From: Eledone cirrhosa
Taxonomy: Eukaryota
Length of the DNA stretch: 64,000 nt
Direction: 5' to 3'
Assembly (NCBI GenBank): GCA_964016885.1
Contig: OZ024758.1
Location: 5,332,001-5,396,000, forward strand
The notes under the pieces are model-generated. The model worked only from the letters and a program-made list of their open reading frames with translations, was not told where the DNA came from and did no database searches. The position numbers were made by a program, and so were the translations under genes. Shown here piece after piece: positions 48,801-62,065 of this stretch (the stretch's first letter is position 1; every line of letters starts with the position of its first letter).

Positions 48801-51782
48801 AAGTATACACAGAAATACAAGATCAAATAATATTTAACCCTTTAGCATTTACATTACTCTATATTTACCATTATATTTTCATGGTAAAAGATTTACCTCA
48901 TAATTTTGGTGATATTTATTGAGAACAATATCTTACAATAAGTATGAGCAGCCAGTTATGGTGGGTTTGAACAGAAAGAGGTGAGAGAACTGGCCGGATA
49001 CAGCCAGTTTAAATGTTAATGGGTTAAATAGAAGGCTTCACTAACCTTTCGACTAAATAGTCTTAATAACAGTGTACCAACTGACTGAAACAATATAAAT
49101 ATCTGTACACATGAGAGCCGATACCCATCTTTTTTCCTCTCAGGGAAAACACCTCCAATCTGACAGCCGGGGCCATGCGGCAGCCAGCACATGGGACCCC
49201 ATTTGCTCATAATAGAGAGATGGAGGTGATGACAGTGGGAGTTCAGCTCTTCTGTGTTCGGATCTGGTGTACAGCATCAGTTGTCCATAAGGAGGTAGGG
49301 ATTCATCTACTATTATCTAGGGTGGTAATTTATTTATATATGTACACGTTTATCTTTCTGTTTAACTGTTAATAATATAATTTCTGTCAAGTAATAAATC
49401 AAACTCTAGGGAAGGACATATTTCAGTTAAAGTGCAGCAGTGAATACTTACACTTTGTTTGCAGAATCAGAATTTTTGAAGTCTTGAAATAAATTTTCTG
49501 ATTTTGATAATTTGCTTTCATCTAAAAGCTGAAAAGAGAAAAAATAGTCACCCTAAATATATTACCTTTCTTTAACATGTTAACTGTATGACAAGATTCA
49601 TTCCTTCACAATTACTCTTAACACTGAATATCAATCTAACAAGACAGATCACACGATAGATATGATTTTAGGAACCAAAGATATTATGATCCTAACTTCA
49701 ACATCCTCCACTACGAATTTGGTGGCTCCATATAAACGTCTTTAAATACCAAATTGTTGCTAATACTTTACTTAAAACTGTCACAAAATTTAACCCTCTC
49801 TAGATTCAGATGCTTTACAAACTTTCTTTTATTGTTCATATAGATGTCTGTGCCCCAGCATGGCCTCAGCCAGTCGGCTGAAACACAGTAATACTTAAAT
49901 TCGAAAATCTTTAACAGCAAACTCTCTTTTTTAATCATAAAAGCTGAGAGACCTAGGGCTAAATAAAAAAAAAATCTCACAACATAACACATTTTACCAA
50001 GTGATCTACTTGTTTAGAAATAAAGGTTTTAATATATCAATCTACGATGAAGACATGATGGCAGGAGATTTTAAAAAGATGGAATTGCCAATAGTGTAAT
50101 ATTTGGAAAAGGGCCCCACAGCATGTACTAAAGCTCATGCAATAATGGTTTATGGTTTAGGCACAAGGTCAACAATTTGGGAAGAGAAAAAGTCGATTAA
50201 ATCGACACCAGTGCACCCGGTAAGGAAGAAAGGCAAAGCTAACTTGGGAGGGATTTGAACGGTAAAGAGCCGTAACTCTATGCTGCGAAGCATAGTGGTC
50301 GACGCTATATCAATACTGCCAATCCACCGCCTAATAATTGTTTCTACTTTTGGCACAAGGCCATCAATTATCCCAGTACATTACTGGTACTTTATTTTAT
50401 CGACCCGGTAAGAATGAAAGGTAAAGTTAACCTCGGCGGGATTTGAACTCAGAATGGCAAGGGCCGTAACTCCATGCGTCAAAGCATGGTGTCTGACTCT
50501 CTACCGATACTGCCAATCCACTGCCCCTAATAATAATAATTGTTTCTACTTTTGGCACAAGGCCAGAAATTACTCAGTGCATTACTGGTACTTTATTTTA
50601 TCGACCCGGTAAGGATGAAAGGCAAAGTTAACCTTGGCAGGATTTAGGGCGATATCCAATTTTAGTGGACTAAATGCTGCTTACGTGCTGTAGTTGCTGC
50701 TTACTTCAATGTATGAGGCTTTCCAACAAATTTACATTCCCTTTTTTTTAGCCGTTAAAAGAAATATAGATTTATTTATTGTTTTTTTTTTTTTGAGATT
50801 TATTTGCCAGTGGGGCATTAGGCGGGTAGCGAGTGGGCCATCTCTCTATATCGGCTTGTACAGGTAAGAGAAGGGAGCACCCCCTCTCTCTGTGCTCCCT
50901 GGCAGAAAGGTAGCACACTTTATAACGGGGGTGTGTGTGACCCCAAAAGGCTGCCTCTCTATCGAGGACTTAATTTTTTTATATTCCTTTTTAATCACTC
51001 GTTAAATGTTTGTACTTGATTTTTGTAAAAAATTCCCCCGCCTAATGCCCCAGTGGCAAATAAATCGCAAAAAAAAAAACCAAAAAAAAACAAATAAATC
51101 TATATTTCTTTTAACGGCTAAAAAAAAGGGAATGTAAATTTGTTGGAATAGCCTCATACAGAAAGGGGCATAACTCTGTGCTACAAAGCATGGCGTCCGA
51201 ACTCGACGGATACTGCCAAACCATCACAGTATTATAATATAGACTAACCCTATACATGACTTATTCAGCAATTACGAAGGACTGTCCCCATATATTTTCG
51301 ACCCCAACAATTCCGCCAATCCACTACCTTAACATATCTATCCTCTCGGGGTCCCAAATAAAAGAGGAAGAGGGGCTAATCAGTAATTTTTATAGGTTGT
51401 CTGTTGATTTTAAAAACCAGAATTAGTCGTTTAGTTTACATATTCAGACCCCCCCCCCCCCCAACCCATCACATTTATTTTATAACATGGGATTTCTAGT
51501 AATGTACTTTCTTTCTCATGTATGTTTTTTTTAATGTATAAAGAAAATTAATTGTCGCAGATAGATGATTTAATAAGCAGGAGAATTGGAAAAAAACTGA
51601 AAAATCAATAAACATCAGATGATTGTTGGAGACATGGCATATGCCAATATTTCTTTTTATCAATTAGAATTTTAGCAAAATTAATAAGTGGGGGGGGGGG
51701 AGCAAATCCTCACGACCCCAGAGTATGTTTATATAATCAAACAATTCTGCCAATCCACTAGCTTAACATATACACACACGTA

Positions 51783-51841
<59 letters not shown>

Positions 51842-52855
51842 TTATATACGCGTGTGCGTATAATGCAACACGAGCACGCACGTGTTGTAAACCCCGGCAT
51901 AAAATTTCCAGCTGACACGGAGATTTCACTGGCCTCCGTTACATCTTACATCGGCTTCCCTAATGTTTTAATTATAGGGACCCTGTCGTAATCAACATCG
52001 TTTCTCTATTGACCTAGTTCTATTAGGAAAACTAAGGTGAAGTGCCGCCCTGTCTAGAAATCGCCGTGACATTATGACTGAGTTTACAACCTAACCATAG
52101 GGCCACTGAATTATCCTTATCATCATACAATGACTTGGTAATGTGATTTTGTGATTTAACTGGTAGCCACACGAGGTAACAATGAAAATCTATGTCGACC
52201 GTGGAAGGCATTCCATTTAATTATTTCTCAGACTGAGACATTGTAGAGAAATTTTTTTTTTACAGATGTAAAATACATGAAATATATATTGAACGATTGG
52301 ATATTCTCAACAAAATGTAAAATGTCTAATATTTGAAAAAAAAAATAAGTGAAAAAAATACTTTTTTTTTTTCGTTTAAAAAAATATGACGATCAAAAAT
52401 CTAATTTATTTAAATGAAAACACGAAATCTAACGATCTTCATTACAAGAATGTTTGCAACATAGAAAAAGTTTAGAAACAATTTTAAAATTAAATCTTAG
52501 AAAATATATAAAAAACATACAAAATAATAATCAAATATAAAAAATGAATGGGGTTTTTTTTTTGTTTCTTTCTTAAAATGTAAATCTTGCAACTAATTTA
52601 AGTTTGCAAACATTTCCCTAAAATGTAGAAATATTTCCCTCCCTAAGATTTAATAATGTCACCACGTGGAGGAAGCATGGCGATCAGTGATGTAGTGACC
52701 AGATGAAATAAAATCACATTTAATTCACAGAAATACGGGAGAAAATGTCAACTAAGATACATTATACAAAATATGTCTGTTCCATAATTTATTTCTTGTT
52801 ATAATCTTACCTTAAATATGGCATAGCCAGTGGCTGTATCAAATAAAACCAGCAT
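39838..52855 (-). CDS. NOP58: Nucleolar protein 58 (box C/D snoRNP core), 501 aa, 15 exons
   Basis: Exons 52855-52811, 49528-49452, 48754-48702, 48042-47918, 47620-47484, 45854-45790, 45146-45012, 44900-44755, 44247-44121, 43417-43254, 42372-42238, 41907-41849, 41172-41054, 40432-40391, 39914-39838; all GT-AG, 1506 nt. Motifs [94 protein letters not shown] and a Lys-rich tail. Confidence 0.97.
40248..40333 (-). ncRNA. Intronic box C/D snoRNA (NOP58 intron 14), target unassigned
   Basis: Minus strand: agatatgtca-a-ATGATGA(C)...CTGC(D'?)-tt-ATGATGA(C')...CTGA(D)-tgacaaatct; 10-bp terminal stem with one mismatch; same strand as host. Confidence 0.8.
42480..42900 (+). mobile_element. Degenerate RTE LINE 3' fragment in NOP58 intron 10
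   Basis: Translation remnants [27 protein letters not shown] and [16 protein letters not shown]. Confidence 0.6.
46302..46383 (-). ncRNA. SNORD70: Box C/D snoRNA, SNORD70-like (guide for the 18S Am512 equivalent), copy 1, NOP58 intron 5
   Basis: Minus strand: accagtgtct-ATGATGA...TTGATGA(C')...TTCGTCACTACC-A-CTGA-gacattggt. The 12-nt guide is complementary to conserved 18S GGUAGUGACGAA; D+5 lands on the A of GGUAG. Confidence 0.88.
47145..47228 (-). ncRNA. SNORD70: Box C/D snoRNA, SNORD70-like, copy 2, NOP58 intron 5
   Basis: Same boxes, guide and terminal stem as copy 1; two substitutions outside the boxes and 12-nt guide. Confidence 0.88.
50145..50645 (-). mobile_element. Three tandem MetaSINE-like copies in NOP58 intron 1
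   Basis: Three successive tctacttttggcacaaggcc...cgacccggtaagg...aacctcggcgggatttgaac blocks. Confidence 0.8.
50710..51160. mobile_element. Long-TIR (foldback/MITE) element, ~120-bp arms
   Basis: 50710-50825 is the near-perfect reverse complement of ~51037-51160; a SINE head resumes at 51161. Confidence 0.75.
51342..51725. mobile_element. AT-rich MITE family with tactc(t)cgggtc-type termini
   Basis: Shared core aattagtcgtttagtttacatattcagacccc...ttataacatgggatttctagtaatgtac. Copies at ~23270-23480, 29650-29990, 36850-37232, 39965-40205, 63083-63415. Confidence 0.6.
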
Positions 52856-54204
52856 TTTTAGTGGGACTAGTGACTACCATAGACTGCAGTCACCTCCCTC
52901 GTGCTTTAATGAGGACCTTCCTTGCCGTTAACCTCCCACAATTCCTTTCATTTCCGGTTATTGTCTACCATAAACTAATTAGATACTGTCGTAATAAATA
53001 TATTTTCATACATTTAAGTTAGTTTTTAAATATTATGGTTTTAGAATTGATAATATAATAACTCTTACGGAATCCTCCTTACTTTCACTCTATTCTCATC
53101 TCTTTATTATATACACACACAAGATATATATATATATAAGGAAGGAATTGTGGTAAAGAACCAGATGGACCATAACGTACCAGAATACTCAATACTTAGG
53201 GTAGTAGAGTGGGTAATAGGAAAAGGTATGACCCCGACGGCAGAGCTCGGCTATTTCTGGAAATAGCAGTCGAAACGGCTTGAGCTCTGCCGTCGGCGAC
53301 ATAAATTTTCCTATATATATACATAAAGAGTCGGAACCCAGACGGCGGAGCTCTTGCCGTTTCAACCGTACTCTATTACCTCAAGTATCGAGTACTCTGG
53401 TGAGTAATGGTCTAACTAGTTTCAAACTGAATCCATCTTTATATACATATATATATACAAGGAGTCCCAAAAAATGTATACACATTTTGATTACCTGTAC
53501 AGGCAATATTTATCAGAAGGCACAGCCTTTCCCAAAAGTAAAATGATCTACAGACATAATTCAATTATATGTAAACACCCAAAAATGTTTCATCACCATC
53601 ATCATCGTTTTACGTCAAATTTTCCACGTTAGCATGGGTTCGACGGATTGTCCTGTTGTGGGCAATGCCAAGTCAGGTGACCATGTCTTGCACAAACAGT
53701 ACTGATTTTAGCTTGGTTTCTACAGCTGGATGCCCTTCCTAACACCAACCTCATTTACAGTGAGTACTGGGGGTTCTGGGGAGGGTGGGTATGTCACCAG
53801 CACGACCAATTTAGAGTGTGGACTGGAAGCTTTTTGTCATTTCACCAACATGACCACTTTACAGTGTGGGCTGAGTGCTTTTTGTCATGACACCTACACG
53901 ACCACTTTACAGTGTGGGCTGGGTGCTTTTTGTCATGACACCTATACAACCACTTTTGTGTGGGCTGGATGTTCTGTGGTACCAACATAACTTTACAGAG
54001 AAAGGGTGGTGTAAGTGGAAGTGGAAGGATGTAGTAAGGTGTATATTGGGTTAAGAGGTGCCTACTGACTGTAGGTTTAAGTTTGTACGTAAGGGAAGGC
54101 GAGTCTTCTGTATTACTGCATAGCGCCAAAGATCTCGATCCAGTGAAATCTTAGAGAGGTGTAAGTGTGCAAGGTCAGTTTTTATTACCTCGTCCCATCC
54201 TGAT

Positions 54205-54455
54205 ACTGAAAAATGGGAAAGCTGCAGAGCCTGATGAAATACTTGCAGAAGTCATCAAAGCAGACATAGAGACAGTTGTCAATATGCTACACAGTCTCTT
54301 CAGTAAGATTTGGGAGAAGGAAGATGTCCTGACCTAGTGGAAGGGAGGGACCATCATCAAACTGCCAAAGAAAGGTGACCTCAGTCAAGGACTACAGCAA
54401 CTACCAAGGGATCATGCTCCTGTCAACCCAGGCAAGGTCCTCAACAGAGTACTTG
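54205..54455 (+). mobile_element. Degenerate RTE LINE RT N-terminal fragment
   Basis: LKNGKAAEPDEILAEVIKAD...LFSKIWEKEDV..WKGGTIIKLPKKGDL with a stop and a frameshift. Confidence 0.75.
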
Positions 54456-57400
54456 GTCCCCAGACTGCTATTTTTCTCTATCAAAGTGGGATGAGAGTGT
54501 TATCCTTGAGGCAGGAGCCCTGTCTTGAATGATATACAAGGGTCGGCAGAAAAATTCATAGACTGGTTATGAAGGAGTGATGCTAGGGCTGTGAAATCTT
54601 GCAGGCATTAATTTCAACTCTTCTTATTAACAACTACATTGTTTCTTTCCAGGGACTATGTTGAAAAATAAACCCCATTTGGTCATTCCATGAGAGTATC
54701 TTGGTCAGCTTATAAAGGAGTGATGTTAGGGCTGTGAAATCTTGCATGCATTAATTTCATCTCTTATTAATAACTGCATTGTTTCTTTCCAAGGACTATG
54801 TTGACAAATGAACCTCATTTGGTCATTCCATGAGAGTATCTTGGTTAGCTTATGAAAGAGGGATGCTAGAGCTGTGAAATCTTGCATGCATTAATTTCAA
54901 CTCTTCTTATTAACAACTACATGGTCATGTGATGTGCATGAAAGACAACAGCTGTATAAAAAAAGTGCAGGACGATCAAAATTGATGGCAGCTACGGAGT
55001 AGGTAGACTCCTTCCTCCCACTCCCGCCAACACCACCCTTTCTCTGTAAAGTCATGTTGGTACCACAACATCCAGTCCAAACTAATGAGGTTGTGTAGGT
55101 GTCATGACAAAAAAAGCACCCAGTCCACGCTGTAAAGTGGTTGGTGTTAGGAAGGGCATCCAGCTTTAGAAAACCTGCCAGATACAGACCTATACGAGCG
55201 AGACACGGTCACCCAATCAATCTTGCCTCAAGTCGAACAATTCCTGTCTAACCCATGTTGGTGTGGAAGATAGACGTTAAACGATGATGATGATGATGAT
55301 ACTAGCTGTAGAGTTTGACCTTCTCACTATTTTATAAATTACTTTTAATTGAAAGTATTAAATAAATGAAAACATTAACAAATAGAAGTGAATCAATGAA
55401 GTGTCAGAGAAACAGGTGTATATTGTGGGAGGGATTATGAAAGAAAAACATTGATTTATGAAACAGGATGTATATGCTGCTTTAATCGATCAAATCAATC
55501 AACTGATCTCATTCACAATGGGTGAAGTGAAACTTGTAAAACCGGACAAAGGAAACATTATTTCTATTATCCATTGATGATACTATCTACTGGTTGCGAT
55601 TGCTGGCAGAAAGAGCAACACAAAATAAAGTATTTTGTTCAAGGACATAATGCACCACCCAGTCTGGGAATTGAACTTGCAACCTCATGATTACGAATCC
55701 AATTATCTAACTATTAAGCCACGTGCCTTCAAACAATAGTAAATTATATATATATATATATATATCATCATCATCATCATCATTTTACATCCACTTTTCC
55801 CTGCTTGCAAGGGACGGGTCATATTCAGCACAGCATCTCTCCATTCGTCACGATCCTTTGTCATCTCCTTCGTGAGCTTCAGTGATCTGAAGTCAGCGCT
55901 AACCACCTCCACCCATGATTTTTGTGGTCTTCCTCTACTGCGTCTTCCTTCTACTGGGATTTCTTGGCACTTCTTTACCCAGCGGTCATCCTCCATGCGC
56001 ATCACATGTCCATACCAATGTAGTATATATATATATATATGTGTGTATATCTAAAGTCTGTTTTAAGACAGAAGACTTATTTGGCCGATGCTTATCAAGG
56101 TTTCATGGCGTGAAGCGACTGAGAGTACAAGACTCCCCCCTGGACAGGATGCCAGTCCATCGCAGGGTTAAACCCCCAGCTATTGCTGGTACTCATTTTC
56201 AGCTGAGTATACTGGAGCAACGTGAAATAAAGTATTTTGCTCAAGTATATATAAATATTTATATCATCATCATCATCATCGTTTAACGTCCATCTTCCAC
56301 GCTAGCATGGGTTAGACGGTTTATATATATGGAACAAACTGCCTGCATCAGTTGTTAGCTGCCGAGACACTGCATCCTTTAAAACCCTCATGCTTCCCGA
56401 AATTCGCCAAAACTACACCTGATGTCCCCCTTCCATACACATGCACACGTGTATATCATGACTCATGCACTGTTCATTTTCCTGACGTTTGTACATTACC
56501 CTATGTACTATACATACACTTTTGATGAGTTGTAGTGCACCTGAGCACTGTACACAATATTTTCATTATTATTATTATCTAAATATATATATGTGTGTAT
56601 GTGTGTTCCAACAGCAGTAAGATGCCAGTTTTATAAATATTCCTACTAGAAATAGCAGAGTTATGCAGGAATCAGCAGCTTTAGAATCTGGGTTTGGCCA
56701 TGTGCATTCTTTAGCAAACAGAAAATGTGGTGATTCGTGGCTCAAACCACCCACAAACATACAACCTAAAGTTTTTCATCTAAACTCATCCACCTTATTA
56801 ACTCTTTATACCAAATTTCTTTTGGTTCTTATTTTTTTCATTCCCGAGACACCAAAGAGGGTCCAGTTGGGACCTTGAACATCACAACCCTTACAGGTAA
56901 GGAGCAGGAATTAATGGCGGAGGCTAGATGCTACCAGTTAGATATAGTGGGGGTCTCCTCAACAAAATTCCATGGATCTGACTGCAGATTTTGATGGAGC
57001 ATGGAAACTCCACTGTTCAGATGTGGTACCAGAAATGACTCTTGATTCTATGATACAAAGCCTGCTATCATAACTTTATGTAAAAACCTTTGTTAAGTTA
57101 TGTTCCAAACACCAGCTTGCTAATGACAAAGTTCTGTTACTAAATCCCTTTAAATTATTGATCATTTTAACCCTTTAGTATTTATATTACTATATATAAA
57201 CTATTGTATTTTCACAATAAAGGCTTTATATTACATCATTATTTCACATAATATCAAGTCTATGAAATTTTGATATTTTTTTTTTTAGAACAATACCTTA
57301 AAGTCAGTACAGGGGGCCAGTTACAGCCGGTTTGAGCAGAAAGAAATGAGAGAATTCTGGCCAGTTTAAATGCTAAAGAGTTAAAAATTATTTCATATGG

Positions 57401-57913
57401 TTAAATATAAAGCAAGCATGAAGTGAATGATTGTTTCTGTAGCTTATTGATTTTTTTCTTATATAAACTCGCTTTAAGCACAGATAAATTAGTTATGTTT
57501 GTTATTTTTTAAATTTATATTTGGAAAGACGGCAGCCCGCTTGAGGATGGAACCCCTTGATGTGGAGTGACTGTTGCAGAGTGTCCCTGACGGTTATGCC
57601 ATTGCCATTTTTTTCTGCAAAGCGCAGCAGAGACACCACCCAGACTGGGGTGTCTGTGTCCCCCTCTCCCTTTCTTTCGTTGCTTGATCCTTTTTTTTTC
57701 TTCTTTTTTTTTTGTTCCCTTTAACGACTATACTAAGCAGTTATGAATATTTCCTTTCATTTGTAATAATAAACTTGTCTCCTGTTAAATTGTTTTAGGG
57801 TCATTAGAAATTATATTTTGATGCAAGGACCTATCAAGTTAAAGGTTGAAGAAACCCCGTTTTGAGATCTAGGGAGGACTAGGATGATTTGAATAAAGTG
57901 AGTTCCAACGTTT

Positions 57914-57960
57914 TGATTGGCTGACTTTTAAGTGACGTCACATGTCAGAATCCGGTTCGA
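57914..57960 (+). promoter_or_regulatory. Candidate promoter of the C1orf131-like gene (inverted CCAAT box + full CRE)
   Basis: ATTGG at 57916-57920 and TGACGTCA at 57933-57940 in unique sequence. The first coding exon is preceded by an acceptor (tatcag| at 59649), implying a non-coding upstream exon. Confidence 0.4.
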
Positions 57961-58609
57961 CAAGAAACTAGATTTTATTGAATAACTTTTCAGTGTTTTT
58001 TGTTTTGTGGATACCCTGGTTTCGGTTATAAACAATCTCATTTATGAGTAAAGAGAAAATTCAGGGTTTCGAATTCTGGAAGAAGCTCGTTGCAGAAGTA
58101 TACAAAAAAAAAAGGAACATATAAATAGAATTAACTAATTTTAAAATTCCCAACATCATTAAAATCTACAGCCTATAAAAAGCTAACTAACAAACGATGT
58201 ACATAAAACTACATAATAGCAAAGTTCATATTTTTCTCCTTAACAAATATGCTACATGCTTTATGCATAGAATTACGGCCCTTTATGATCTGAGTTCAAA
58301 TCCTGAGGGGGGTAGCTTTGCCTTTCATCCTTACAGGGTCGATAAAATAGAGTACCAGTAATGCACTGGCCTCGATTTAGTGGACTCTTCTCCTCCCCTA
58401 AAATTGCTGGCCTTGTGCATAAATCAATATATCTATTACTTAATTACATAAATATTTCACATGAAAATATAGAACCAAAATGAAAGAAAATATTAAGTAA
58501 ACATTATGTTAATCAGTCACACACCATAAGGGGTGCCGGAGCTTTTCTCTAATACTTTTTGAGGCCAACCAACACACTGGTTGCATTACCGCGGTTGATG
58601 GGGATGCTA

Positions 58610-58890
58610 AGGCATCCACCCTCACGGGCATCACTTGATGCCTCGGTAAGACCTAGTGATAGCGATGTTACGGTGCTGGAACCACCAAGCACCCATCCTC
58701 ACGGGCATCACTTGATACCTCGGTAAGACCTAGTGATAGCGATGTTACGGTGCTGGGACCACTAAGCACCCACCCTCACGGGCATCACCTGATACCTTGG
58801 TAAGACCTAGTGATAGCGATGTTACTGTGCTGGAACCACCAAGCACCCTCATCAGATACAAACCCTTGGGGATATCACTTGATACCTTGG
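58610..58890. repeat. ~79-bp tandem repeat, ~3.5 copies
   Basis: Unit caccctcacgggcatcacttgatacctcggtaagacctagtgatagcgatgttacggtgctggaaccaccaagcac. Confidence 0.85.
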
Positions 58891-59173
58891 CATGGTATCA
58901 ACAAGAACTTCGTTGTCAGTAGCCCAGCTCGTCCAAACCTCTCTAGCATTACACTTAAAATATCTAGTGCAGTTTTTAATAAACCTTTTGCTGTGTACCA
59001 TTTATTAGTTTCAGAATATTTTTTCGCTATGCATTTTAGCCTAAACAAACGATATTATTTTTTTTTAATATCTACAGCAGCAACAACCTGCTATTTATTC
59101 TAGCGGTCCAGATTTTACAGCTCTCTCTCTCTCTCTATTTATATATACATATACAGAGAGATATGTGTGTGCG

Positions 59174-59206
<33 letters not shown>

Positions 59207-59271
59207 CCAGGATTCAATCGGGGGGTCACCACAGTAAGGTATTCAATACATAGCAGCGTATAAATATTTAA

Positions 59272-59385
59272 TATAGAAATGACTTCTACAGGACTAGAAC
59301 TGTTTCATTCGAAGGAAATCATCAGGCTTTGCTGCTGATATCCTTTGAATGAAACAGTTCTAGACCTGTAGAAGCCATTTCTATA
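59272..59385. repeat. Imperfect palindrome of a hammerhead-like unit; related degenerate copy at 4876-4957
   Basis: Arms tatagaaatgacttctacaggactagaactgtttcattcgaagga / tcctttgaatgaaacagttctagacctgtagaagccatttctata; minus strand CTGATGA...GAAAC. Confidence 0.7.
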
Positions 59386-59691
59386 ATATATATATACACG
59401 CACGCACACATATTTATATATATGTATGAGTGTGTATAAATATATATATATATACGCATATCTGAAAGCACTTTAGTAATAATGTGAAGCTATGAAAGCC
59501 ATCTTTAGGTCCCAGCAAAGGAAATTTCATACGAATAAAAAAATAAAAATGTCAGTGAAATGAAATTATCATTAATTATAAACTGAATACCACTAAAAAA
59601 TACAAGAATTTCACATATATTTTTATTTCCAACATTCTTGTTATATCAGCGGCTTTGAATAGTTGACTATGTTAATTGGATAAAATCCAGC

Positions 59692-60200
59692 ATGGCGTCG
59701 TCAGTAACTGGAATCGCCAAGAAACAGCCAGAAATTATTGTATTTAAAGATCCCACGAAGAAAAAGAAAGTAAGATTATATATATATATATATATGTTTA
59801 GTATCACTTTGATGTATTTCATCTTTTGCTTTAGTTGTGAAACAAACAATATATTTAATCGCTTCTTCAACAATCTGTTCTGATATCAGCGAAACTTCCA
59901 ACATAGTATAAATTATTTTATAATAAATGACGTGGGTATACCTTAATGTAAACCATAATAAAACAGAAAATATCTAAATTAATAATTGATCTCTAATTTT
60001 ACACTGTATTGGTGAAGGAACTTTCAATGTAGTAAACATACACACGTATATATCATGACTCTCCCTGACATTTGTGTATTATTCTATGTACTATACATGC
60101 ACCTGAGCACTTTACACAATAATTTCATTATTATTATTATTATGAAGCTAAATGTAAACTTGTCAACATTTAGTGTACATAAATACTCGTGTATTGTAAT

Positions 60201-60263
<63 letters not shown>

Positions 60264-62065
60264 TGTAAACGTGGTTGATATTAGGAAGGGCATTCAGTTG
60301 TAAAGACCCCAGCCAAAATACTATTCTGTTTGAGTAGGTTACGGCGTGGTAAACTAGCCAGACTTTTATCAAACGTAGAAGACGTGTCTCGCTCATGCAA
60401 ACATAGAAAATAGATGTTAAACGATGATGATCATTATTATTCATATATATATATTGATGTTAAGTGATGATATATAAAAACATTTTTACTGTGATATTCT
60501 TCTTATATTTCCAGAATAGTCATCAGCAACATTTCAAAAGAAAAACTGGAAAACCTTCTAAAAAAGCTGAGAAATCTGCTGAGAAAGATAAACAAGTAAA
60601 AGATTTTAGATATGGTAATGTAAAACGAGAAGTTTCTAAACTAGCTCTATCATCTTATAAAGGAAAAGAAAGGGAACTGGCTGTTGAGGATTATCTCATA
60701 AGACTTGGAGCATTTGTAAGATTTTCTTTTTCTTAACTCTTTCATGACCATATTTTTAAAAAAGATACACTCTATTTTAATTAATTAATGACAAATTTTG
60801 AGGGATTTACTAAAATTATTAATTATTTCATTACTAAGATAGTAACTTAATGTAAGGTTTTTTTATATAAAATTATGCTGAAAGATTTTAATTTAAATTG
60901 GAAACCTTTAAAATGGGTGGTTTCATTTCATAGAACCAGTTTTGACCAGGTTGGTAACTAAAGGGTTAAAATGGGTGATTTTATTTCATAGAACCAGAGC
61001 CAGGTTGGTAACTAAAGGGTTAACTATATATTTTTTTTCTAAAAATGCATAAATAGTAGGGAACTAGATTGTTTACAACAGGCATAAGTAACCTTTTTTC
61101 TTGTAGTCATTCTTACATGACATTCATATACTAAATAGATAACCTTCTTAGCTTGACAAAATTATTTTACTCTACTCCACTTTATGTTTGTAGCCTGTGA
61201 AGAAAAAGAAATCTGAAAATTATAAAGTATTTCTTGAAAGAAAGAGAAAAGAGAAAACTGAGGAAAAACCTAAGAACACTGCACAATACCGAGTAAGTAT
61301 AAATATTTGTTGACACATTCTAAACATTTCGTATGAAAATCATGAAATGAATTCTTTAAGGTGTGGTAAAAAAAATTTAGTGCAAGTTTGGCTTTAAGGT
61401 TAGGAAGTTTGCTTCACAATCTCTTGGCTTTGGTTTCAAGCTTTCCGCACAAATTGAGTAGGAAACCTGTAACCAATAATGGTATTGTTCACAAAATCCA
61501 TGATCGTCATCACCGTTTAACATCCATTTTTCCATGCTAGCATGGGTTAGACGAGTTGTCCTGTTGTGAGACAAGCCTGGTCAGATGACTGCGTCTTGCT
61601 CACAAGACCATATTTTGACCTGACTTCATAATGTGAGAACTCATCTAATCTATGCAAGCGTGGAAAATTGGTGTTAAATGATGATGATGATGATGACCAT
61701 ATTCATAAATTAACTGTTACCCATTTAGCGTTTAAACTGGCTGTGTCCGGCCAGAATTCTCTCACCTCGTTCTGTTCAAACTGGCTGTAACCAGCCACTC
61801 ATACTAATGTTAAGGTATTGTTCTCAAAATGAATAATATTAAAATCTCATATATTCAATATGTAAGATAAAGCCTTTACCATAAAAATACAATAGTAAGT
61901 ATAGAGTAATGTAAATGATAAAGAGTTAAATAACACATTAAAGAGGTTTTCTATTTTGTTTCTATTTTCTAGGAAGAACAACTGAAGAATTTAATAAAGA
62001 AAGCTCACAAATCAATAACCCGCTACAATAAAGTTTGTAACTTTAAGAAGAAAACAAAGAAATGA
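59692..62065 (+). CDS. C1orf131: C1orf131/FSAF1-like SSU processome factor (DUF4602), 156 aa, 4 coding exons
   Basis: Exons 59692-59769, 60515-60715, 61194-61292, 61973-62065; all phase 0, GT-AG; AATAAA at 62081. PEIIVFKDP and DFRYGNVKREVSKLALSSYKGKERELAVEDYLIRLGAFPVKKKKSENYKVF resemble the recalled DUF4602 core (EVxxFGxxGYxKxxxxxxExxxAIxLGAKPPKxxYVNYKxL). Confidence 0.8.

Noticed and set aside
52060-52245. C-box-like ATGATGA (minus) and CTGA/stem (plus) in NOP58 intron 1
   Set aside because: Boxes do not form a consistent set on the host strand.
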